Below are positions 20,075 through 27,408 of a DNA stretch of 64,000 bases, one piece after another. Origin of the DNA: Planctomycetota bacterium (GTDB lineage Bacteria > Planctomycetota > UBA11346); the NCBI GenBank assembly GCA_038213805.1, contig JBBQSO010000007.1, positions 41,932-105,931 on the forward strand, read 5' to 3'. Both the position numbers and the translations under genes were made by a program. The notes under the pieces were generated by a model, which saw only the letters and a list, made by a program, of their open reading frames with translations, was not told the DNA's origin and searched no databases. How positions within the stretch are numbered: position 1 is the stretch's first letter; each line of letters starts with the position of its first letter.

Positions 20075-22882
20075 TCAGGGCCCATCGGTCGTGCCCAGCT
20101 TGTTGATCGTACCGTAGAAGTCCCGCTGGATGGACGTGCCATCCGCGCCGGTGAGTTCGTACTTGAGCTTGATCTGCATCACCGGCTGGATCTTCGGAAT
20201 CGCCAGGAACACCGTCCTGCCGTCGGCCGAGAGCGTCGCGGCCGTGATGTCGATGGCATCGTGGCCGTTCTTTCGGGGATCGTCGACATGCACTTCGGGC
20301 GAGCCGTAGCTGCTGGTCCAGAGGTAGTTCCACTGCTCGCCGCCGTAGTTGTCCTTGTCGGTGGCGGAAGCGCGGTCGAGGGGACTGGAGAAGGTCAAGC
20401 TCAACCCGTTCTTCTTCACGACCATGCCTACCACCAAGTGCGAGGTCTTGCCGGTGTAACGTACGCGCTGGAATCCGCCGTCCTTGGCGCCAGTGGTCTG
20501 CCAGCCCTTGAGACCGGTGAGGTAAAGCTGACCGTCGCGGTCATTGAAGCGGGCGCGCATGACCCCCGTATTGAACTCCAGGGGGACGCGCGTCACGCCG
20601 CCTTGGGGAACGCCGCCTTCCTTGCTCCACGCGACCACGAACAGCGAGCAGGTCCCGTACGACAGGTGCAGCAACTGGCCCTTGGGCATGCCCCACTTAT
20701 CGCTCGGCACCCACGCCTGACCGCCGCAGGAGTTGTCGACGCCACCATGGGGCAGCCAGACGATCGGGCGGTCGTAGTCGGTCGGTGCCTCTTTGCGATG
20801 GGCCAGGTCGGGAACACCGTAGAAGCCGCCGCGCTGGACCAGGTTGATGCGCGATGTCGGAGTCCACGTGCCTTCATTGTCGCCGCAGGTGATCTGGCCA
20901 TCCGGACTGACGCTCATGCCATTGGGCGCGCGGAATCCTGTAGCGACGATCTCCATTGACGAGCCGTCCTTGGCAATCTCGAACATGCAGCCGTGGTGCT
21001 CGCTGATGCGCTCCCAGCCACGCCCGCCGTCGCGCACCGGACCCGCCTTGGCGAAGTAGAAGTTCCCCTTGGGGTCGGTCCACAGGTCGAAGGCGAACTC
21101 ATGGAAGGCCGGGGTGGTGTGGATGTCGTTGTTAAAGTTCTCATAGAAGTCCGCTTCGCCGTCCTTGTTGAGATCGTTGAGGCGCACCAGGCCCTCGCGG
21201 CAGAGCACATAGACCAGGTTGTCGACGATTTTCAGGCCGAGCGGCTGGTGAAGACCGGTCGCGAACCGCTTCCAGCTGAGCCTGGTGAGCTTGTCATCGA
21301 CGCCCGAGACCACCCACACATCGCCATTCCAGGTGCAGACCGCAGCGCGGCCGTCGCTGAAGAAATCATGGCCGGCAAGGCGCATCTTGGACTTGAACGG
21401 ATTGTCATAGGGGACGGTGATGGTATCGACGACGTACGCACCCTGGCCCTTGCCGAGCTCGCCCACTGTTTCCACGGACTGAGGATAGCGCGCCGCGCCC
21501 CCTTTGATTAGGGTGGCGGGGTCGATGACGTCGAGGGCGGCCTTGACCAGGGCGGCGCACTCGGCCGCAGCTGCCTTGGCGATCACCACTTTGAAGTTCG
21601 CGGCCTTGAGCGCCGGGATCTTGAGCACGATGCGGTTTTCGACCACCGCCAGGGTCACACCGGCGGGGGCGCCGACCAGGCCCGCGCTGACGTGGTCGCC
21701 GCCGGCGCTGAGCGTGGCGAGACCGTCGCCCACGGTGCCCGTCGCCCCCGTGAGCTCCGCGACCAGCATGGTCGACGCCGAGAAGCCGCTTACCGATAAG
21801 GTGCGCGACACGGCCTGGCCGTTGGCCTCGAAACTTGGCAGCTCGAGAACCTTGCCAGTGCCGACCGTGTACGAGAAGACGACCTTGTCGCCGTTGATGT
21901 AGTGGCCGATATAGTGGGCCCAGTTTCGAGGCAACGGACCGAACGGTTCACTGCGTGGATCTGCGAAGCTGTCGCCCTTGGCCCAGCCGGGCACCGCGGC
22001 CGTTCCGAAAATCTGGGTGCCCACGGTCTTGGGACCGGTCGAGCTGTCCCCGAGGTACGCGATACCCCTGAGTTCCAGGTACCCACCTGTCCAGCCCGCG
22101 CTCATGCGCATCAGGTCGGAATCGAAGCACATTCCACCGATGACCGGTGCGCCAGCCGCCCCGGTCCCCTTGGCCGACAGCTTCACCGCGTGGCCCTTGA
22201 TGGCCACGTTGTCCTTCGGCGCCGGCGAGAGGATGGTGTCGTCGATCAGCGGGCCGTAGTCCATCAGGTTGACCCAGGCGTTGGGGTCAGCCCTGGGCCT
22301 GTCCCAAGCGGCCTTGTCCCAGGCGATCTTCTGCTCGGCGCCCTGCGTGTGGACCAGGGCGCTGCCAGGAATCAGCGCCTCGGCGCCACCGGGGACGATC
22401 CAGGAGACCTTGCAGCCGGCTCCGGCGGTGCCCTGGAAATACTCGATGCGGATGGTGTGGTCACCCGCGCTCAATATGGCCTTGCCGGATTCCTTCTTCA
22501 TTCCGTGGATGCCGCTGTTGTCGACCACGCGCTGGTCGTCGATGAACAGCCGCGAACCATCGTCGGATTCGGTCGTGAAGGTGTAATCGCCGGGCTTATC
22601 GATGCGGACCCGGCCGGTCCAGCGCGCGATGAAGTTGTTCCTGAGCTTGGTACCGTAGAAGTCGCCCCCGGTGCTGTCGAAGGCGACCTCCTGGTCGATG
22701 CGCACCAGTGCGGGCTGGCGCGGGGCGCTGAGCGCGGTGAAATCACCGACGTCGCTGTCGAAGGCGAAGTACTCGCCGATCAGACCGGGTGCATCCTCCG
22801 CAGCGCAGGTGCTGGCGAGGCTGGCGACCAGTGCGACAAGGATCGTCCACCGGGCGGGCGTGGGAAGGAAGGCGGAGACCAT
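20075..22882 (-). CDS. PA14 + DUF6797-type PVC protein with beta-propeller (sugar/sorbosone dehydrogenase-like) region
   Basis: Signal peptide; PA14 (FIARWTG...YTFTTESDDGSRLFID...HTIRIEYFQ); GDVWVVSG...WKRFATGLHQPLGL...DGEADFYENF...ATGFRAPNG...DNEGTW...RARFN.RDGQLY..GLKGWQT. Confidence 0.7.
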   Translation of the reverse strand: MVSAFLPTPARWTILVALVASLASTCAAEDAPGLIGEYFAFDSDVGDFTALSAPRQPALVRIDQEVAFDSTGGDFYGTKLRNNFIARWTGRVRIDKPGDYTFTTESDDGSRLFIDDQRVVDNSGIHGMKKESGKAILSAGDHTIRIEYFQGTAGAGCKVSWIVPGGAEALIPGSALVHTQGAEQKIAWDKAAWDRPRADPNAWVNLMDYGPLIDDTILSPAPKDNVAIKGHAVKLSAKGTGAAGAPVIGGMCFDSDLMRMSAGWTGGYLELRGIAYLGDSSTGPKTVGTQIFGTAAVPGWAKGDSFADPRSEPFGPLPRNWAHYIGHYINGDKVVFSYTVGTGKVLELPSFEANGQAVSRTLSVSGFSASTMLVAELTGATGTVGDGLATLSAGGDHVSAGLVGAPAGVTLAVVENRIVLKIPALKAANFKVVIAKAAAAECAALVKAALDVIDPATLIKGGAARYPQSVETVGELGKGQGAYVVDTITVPYDNPFKSKMRLAGHDFFSDGRAAVCTWNGDVWVVSGVDDKLTRLSWKRFATGLHQPLGLKIVDNLVYVLCREGLVRLNDLNKDGEADFYENFNNDIHTTPAFHEFAFDLWTDPKGNFYFAKAGPVRDGGRGWERISEHHGCMFEIAKDGSSMEIVATGFRAPNGMSVSPDGQITCGDNEGTWTPTSRINLVQRGGFYGVPDLAHRKEAPTDYDRPIVWLPHGGVDNSCGGQAWVPSDKWGMPKGQLLHLSYGTCSLFVVAWSKEGGVPQGGVTRVPLEFNTGVMRARFNDRDGQLYLTGLKGWQTTGAKDGGFQRVRYTGKTSHLVVGMVVKKNGLSLTFSSPLDRASATDKDNYGGEQWNYLWTSSYGSPEVHVDDPRKNGHDAIDITAATLSADGRTVFLAIPKIQPVMQIKLKYELTGADGTSIQRDFYGTINKLGTTDGP

Positions 22883-22947
22883 AGTGCAAGATCCTGTCAG
22901 TGATTGAAGATCGAGCCGTCGATGGCGGCCCTACCAGGCCGCAGGGA

Positions 22948-24012
22948 TCACCAGTTGGTGGGCTCGGTACGCAGGCGCTGGATCCACAGGATGGTGCCGC
23001 CCATGTTGCGAGCATGGTTCTGGGTGCGGTACTCGCAGACGTCCTCGGTGTGCGAGGCGTTGAGGGGCCAGATCACATAGTGGTCGAATTCGCGGCCGCG
23101 CGAGTGCAGCAGATAATGGTAGTCCATGGCCATGCAGGCGCCGTTCCATTCGACGCGATAGAACAGGCGGCACTCGCTGGAGTTCAGGCTGGTAAACAAG
23201 TTGGGGTCGTCGCCGAAGGCCGAGGTCTGGCCGGCGGCCTGGACCTCGCTCCAGCTGCGGAAGCCCAGGGTGCCGCCGCCGCCGCAGGTCACCACGAAGG
23301 TCGCGCCGCCATCGCGGAACAGGCGGAACCACGACATGCCGGTGGAGTTGCCGCGCGGCCGCGCGTCCCCGGCCAGGTAGGCGGCCCAGTTGTTGTGCAA
23401 CGTGCCATCGGCCTCGGTGATGGTCAGCGCCGCGCCCACGTTGGCGCCCAGGTCGCTGGCGAGCCAGCCGTTGCGCACCACCGGCTGAGGGTCCGGATTG
23501 CACAGGTAGGGCATGCCGAAACGCGCGTCGCCTTCGCCGACCGGCTGTGGCGAGACGGTGGTGCGGATCGGGTTGTAGGCGGCGGTCAGCTGCACGGCGC
23601 AGGGCGCACGCTGCCGCACGTACATCGGGAAGCGACGGGAGCTGCCGAGCGGGAAGCGCGAGTCGTCGTCGACGTTGTCGCCGTAGTACTTGGGTCCGAG
23701 CTTGCCATCGCGCACGTCGATCCAGCCGAAGGTCTCGAGGTGATCGACCGGAGCGCCGCCGACGGCGGCGGGTTCCCAGCCGATGCGCGAGGCCTCCTGC
23801 AGATAGTTGCAGGCGGCGAGCAACATGATGCGCGCCTGCGATTCGCGCATGACGCTGGCCATCTCCTCGGCATCGCTGCGCATGCGCGCGAGGAAGGCAG
23901 CGGCAAGGGAGACCAGCAGCGCCGAGATGCCGGCGACCAGGATCAGAATGGTGGCCTGGCGCAACGGGCGGCGGGACGTGGACGTGGACGTGGACGTGGA
24001 CGTGGCGGGCAT
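22948..24012 (-). CDS. Pilin-like cassette protein 3 (PilX/GspK-like N-terminal helix, no Glu5)
   Basis: Basic leader RRPLRQA, then hydrophobic TILILVAGISALLVSLAAAFL and an amphipathic ...SQARIMLLAA helix; 7 bp downstream of the preceding prepilin gene. Confidence 0.6.
   Translation of the reverse strand: MPATSTSTSTSTSRRPLRQATILILVAGISALLVSLAAAFLARMRSDAEEMASVMRESQARIMLLAACNYLQEASRIGWEPAAVGGAPVDHLETFGWIDVRDGKLGPKYYGDNVDDDSRFPLGSSRRFPMYVRQRAPCAVQLTAAYNPIRTTVSPQPVGEGDARFGMPYLCNPDPQPVVRNGWLASDLGANVGAALTITEADGTLHNNWAAYLAGDARPRGNSTGMSWFRLFRDGGATFVVTCGGGGTLGFRSWSEVQAAGQTSAFGDDPNLFTSLNSSECRLFYRVEWNGACMAMDYHYLLHSRGREFDHYVIWPLNASHTEDVCEYRTQNHARNMGGTILWIQRLRTEPTNW
23974..24005 (+). repeat. (GGACGT)5 hexanucleotide tandem repeat encoding Thr-Ser repeats in the leader
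   Basis: Direct reading: GGACGT x5 plus GG. Confidence 0.9.
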
Positions 24013-24019
24013 GGCGGTT

Positions 24020-25294
24020 TCAGTAGGAATCGAGGTTTGCCGGAGGCGCGGAGAAGGCGCCCTTGGTGGTGTTGTTGTCCCACGCCGCCCAGCCGGTGCC
24101 GGGTGCGCGCTGCTGGCGCGCGCCGCGCAGCGAGGTGCCGAAGCCGGCGAAGGACAGCTCGATGGCCTCGCCGGTCAGCGGGCTGACCCAGCGCACCTTG
24201 CACAGCGCGACATGGCGGGTGTTCTTGATGAAGCGCGCGACCGCCACGCTGACCTCCGGCCAGCCGGCCGGCTTGGCGGCCAGCAGGCGATAGGGGATGG
24301 TGGTCATGCGGTTGAAATTCTGCATCGCGTTGGCGTCGTTCTGGTACCCGACACTGTACTTGCGGCGATTGTCGGTGAGCGGCGCGCCGTTCACAGACCA
24401 GTCGGGGTTGGCGATGGCGTAGGCGGTCATGTAGGTGTTACGGTACTTCCCGCGCGCGGTAGTCTGGCCACCGTCGTCATTGTTGAACATGTAGGGGTTG
24501 CCCGTGGGTCGGTTGCACCACGAGGGGATGCCGCCGGCATTGGTCTGCACCCAATCCGACATGCCGCCGGTGTTCGCCGGCTTGTACAGTTCGTAGATCG
24601 CGTTGGCGGGCATGTATTCGCACAATCCGTAGAAGCCAAGGGCGTTGACCAGTCCCTCGACCTGGTTGCCGTACCAGCTGCGGGGCACCGTGCCGTCGCC
24701 GCTGAGGGGCCCGAAACCCACTGCTACCGAGGTAGCCATCCCCTCACTGGTCGGGGGACCCGCCTTCATCAGCTGCGCGAAATCGCCGATGCCGGGAATG
24801 CGCTTGGTGTTGGTGAACATCGCGTAGCGGCCGAAACGCAGATCGAGCGCGTTGCCGTCGGACTTCTCGGCCATGTTGCCGGCGTACCAGCTGCGCGGGT
24901 TGTCGACCGACCAGCTGATGTCGCGCGGGTCCCAGCCGGTGGCGGACTCGTCGTCGGCCAGGGTGCCGCCGCCGCCACTGCGCGGATAGACCGCCGGGAA
25001 GGGGGTGAACGGCAGGCCCTGCGGGCCGCCTGCGGTGCCGGTCCCGCCGCTTGCGCGCAGCGCCTGGCGGGTGATGTCGTTGGGGTCGTCCAGGCTGGTC
25101 CAGAAATCGAGCTCTTCGTGGGCGGCGAGGACGGCGGCGCGCAGCATGCCGTTCTCAAGCGACATGCGGTTGGCCAGGGTCACCGACTGTGAGGCGACGC
25201 GGAACCCGGCGGCGGCGGTGTAGATCAACACCAGGCCCAGGCCGATGGCGATCATCATCTCGATCAGGGTGAAGGCGGAGCGGTGCGTGGACAT
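24020..25294 (-). CDS. Pilin-like cassette protein 2 with prepilin N-methylation motif (PilW/GspJ-like position)
   Basis: MSTHRSA|FTLIEMMIAIGLGLVLIYTAAAGF; ATG at 25294 with GAAAGG upstream; 424 aa. Confidence 0.8.
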   Translation of the reverse strand: MSTHRSAFTLIEMMIAIGLGLVLIYTAAAGFRVASQSVTLANRMSLENGMLRAAVLAAHEELDFWTSLDDPNDITRQALRASGGTGTAGGPQGLPFTPFPAVYPRSGGGGTLADDESATGWDPRDISWSVDNPRSWYAGNMAEKSDGNALDLRFGRYAMFTNTKRIPGIGDFAQLMKAGPPTSEGMATSVAVGFGPLSGDGTVPRSWYGNQVEGLVNALGFYGLCEYMPANAIYELYKPANTGGMSDWVQTNAGGIPSWCNRPTGNPYMFNNDDGGQTTARGKYRNTYMTAYAIANPDWSVNGAPLTDNRRKYSVGYQNDANAMQNFNRMTTIPYRLLAAKPAGWPEVSVAVARFIKNTRHVALCKVRWVSPLTGEAIELSFAGFGTSLRGARQQRAPGTGWAAWDNNTTKGAFSAPPANLDSY

Positions 25295-25304
25295 GGTCGC
25301 CCTT

Positions 25305-27197
25305 TCAGCGCACGATGCAGGGCAGGCGCGGATCGTAGTAGTTGAAGCGCCCGACCGAGGTGGCGCGCATGCGCACCGAGCGCGGCACGGTGCCGCGATC
25401 GAAGCGCTTGTTGAAGTTGCGATCGGCGCCAAACGTCCCACTGAACACCTTGCGCGCCTGCAGGCTCGAGCCCTTGTCGCGGTAGCCGTTGCTGTTGAAC
25501 GTGTTGTTCAGCAGCATCTTCCCCGAGACGTCGGCCCCGACCGTGTCCTGGGCGGAGGCCTCGGCGAAGAGCAGCACCTTCTCGGGGTTGCGGTAGGCAT
25601 AGAGCTGCTCATCGCGGAAGTCGACCTTGTCCATGCGCGCGTTCGCGTCCTCGGTGCCGACCGGCGAGCGGAAAGGGTACTTGCTGGCGTCGACCGGCGC
25701 GCTGGGCGCGGATTCGAAGTCCTCGTAGGACTGCCAATCCACCGCCCAGAACACTAGCTGCCGGCAGCGCTCGTCGGCGTCAAAGCGGCGCGTGAGCGTG
25801 AAGTGGTCGAGTTCGCCCCAGAATGGCGATCCGCTGGCGACGCCCACGGGCGGCGATGAGTCGGGAAACTGATAGCTGCAGCCGGGGTTCTTGACCAGTT
25901 GCGCGGCGATCGGCTTCCACTGCGCCGCGTCGACCGAACCCATGCCCTGGCCGCCGGCGAAGATCTTGCCGCTGGCCGGTGGGGTGAAGAGGTCCCACTC
26001 CAGCAGCGGGTAGTCCATCATGATGCTGCGCTGCAGCGGACGGGGGCAGGCCCAGTCGTAGGGACAGCTGGCGGCGTAGGTCATGATCGTGCGCAGACAG
26101 CGCTCGTGGTAGTACGCGATCAGGTCCTGGGTCAGGGTCAGGCCCGGAAAGCCTCCGCTGGCGGGGATGGGCAGGCCGCCCGTGCCCGAGGCGCCGAGCT
26201 CGGCGCTGGTCTTCCAGCGCGTCACGCAGGTGGCCGCGTGCGAGACGAAGCGCAGCGACTGGACCTGCTTCCACAGCACCGAGGTGTCGGCCAGCGGCCC
26301 CGGCGTATAATGGAGGAACACCGTGCTTGGCGTGGCGAATTCCGCAGTCAGCGTCGAGGTCGGCTTGAACAGCGCATCGAAATCGGAAGAGCCCAGCTTC
26401 TGCACCGCATAGACCAGCGCGGCCTGCAGGTAGAGGATCGCGTGGGCCTCGTCCGTCGCACCCGGCGCCTGGGTGTAGGCGAGGTAGGCGTCGAACACCG
26501 GCTTGACCTGGGGATCGCCGCCCGGCAGCGAAGCTTCCGGACAGATGATGGGGAATGAGGGCGCTTCGTTGAAGGTGGCCATCACCGCCCCGCCCTTCGA
26601 CCACTCATCCTTGTGCGGCCCGTGCAGCGGCGGCGACGGATACGGGTTCTCGTAGGGCCAGTTCTTCTGCGCCAGGATGTGCACGGCGTTGGCCTGGGCG
26701 TAGCCGGTGACGGCGAAGACCAGCTTCTGCGCCTCATTGGGTGGGGCGGTGGCCAGAGCCTGCTCTTCCAGATTCGACGTCGCCATCGGCTGCGAGTAGT
26801 AGAGGTAGCCGCCCTCCGCGAGGATCTTCTGCATCTCATCGCCGTCGCTGTCGAGTCGGCGCGCGATGTCGAGAGGCAGCGGCAGCACGCCGAAGCGGTG
26901 CGAAGCGACGCGCGATTCGAGGTCCCACTCCTGGCTGCGGTAGCTGACCGGGACGTCCCAGGCGTTGGGCGCCTCGGTGTCGATCGCCGGGTTCGCGTTG
27001 TGGGTGGCGTTAAAGCACTCCACGAGCTCCTCGGCCTTGGCCCCGGCGTAGAGCTGGAAGCGCGCCAGCTGCTGCGACCTGATGCCCATGGGAAAGAGCA
27101 TGATCACGCTGACCACGCCGAAGGCGAGCAGGCCGAGCGACAGCGCCACTTCGAACAGCGTGAAGCCGCAGGCCAGGGGGGAGCGAGTAGCGATCAT
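25305..27197 (-). CDS. Pilin-like cassette protein 1 with prepilin N-methylation motif (PilV/GspI-like N-terminus), 630 aa
   Basis: MIATRSPLACG|FTLFEVALSLGLLAFGVVSVIMLFPMGIR, then a large unrecognised C-terminal region. Confidence 0.8.
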   Translation of the reverse strand: MIATRSPLACGFTLFEVALSLGLLAFGVVSVIMLFPMGIRSQQLARFQLYAGAKAEELVECFNATHNANPAIDTEAPNAWDVPVSYRSQEWDLESRVASHRFGVLPLPLDIARRLDSDGDEMQKILAEGGYLYYSQPMATSNLEEQALATAPPNEAQKLVFAVTGYAQANAVHILAQKNWPYENPYPSPPLHGPHKDEWSKGGAVMATFNEAPSFPIICPEASLPGGDPQVKPVFDAYLAYTQAPGATDEAHAILYLQAALVYAVQKLGSSDFDALFKPTSTLTAEFATPSTVFLHYTPGPLADTSVLWKQVQSLRFVSHAATCVTRWKTSAELGASGTGGLPIPASGGFPGLTLTQDLIAYYHERCLRTIMTYAASCPYDWACPRPLQRSIMMDYPLLEWDLFTPPASGKIFAGGQGMGSVDAAQWKPIAAQLVKNPGCSYQFPDSSPPVGVASGSPFWGELDHFTLTRRFDADERCRQLVFWAVDWQSYEDFESAPSAPVDASKYPFRSPVGTEDANARMDKVDFRDEQLYAYRNPEKVLLFAEASAQDTVGADVSGKMLLNNTFNSNGYRDKGSSLQARKVFSGTFGADRNFNKRFDRGTVPRSVRMRATSVGRFNYYDPRLPCIVR

Positions 27198-27306
27198 GGC
27201 GTGCCCTTGAGGGATCTGCAGTACAGCAACCGAACCTTCGTCAGGAAGGCGGCTCCGGTGGTGGCGCGTCTCGCCTGGATCATGGTAAAATCGTGCATTT
27301 CTATTG

Positions 27307-27348
27307 TGCTATCTCGGTGCAGCATTTGTTCCTTTCCGAGGGTGTCAA
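27307..27348 (-). promoter_or_regulatory. Operator site 1 (27307-27324) with upstream TTGACA -35 box, preceding the pilin cassette
   Basis: TGCTATCTCGGTGCAGCA matches the consensus palindrome 14/18. The minus strand has TTGACA at 27348-27343, with a weak -10 (AATGCT) 16 nt later overlapping the operator edge. Confidence 0.6.
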
Positions 27349-27408
27349 GGCGCGCAGGCGGCAAGGGTGAGCGCTTGCGAGCCCGACGAAGACGACACCT
27401 CCCCGTGC

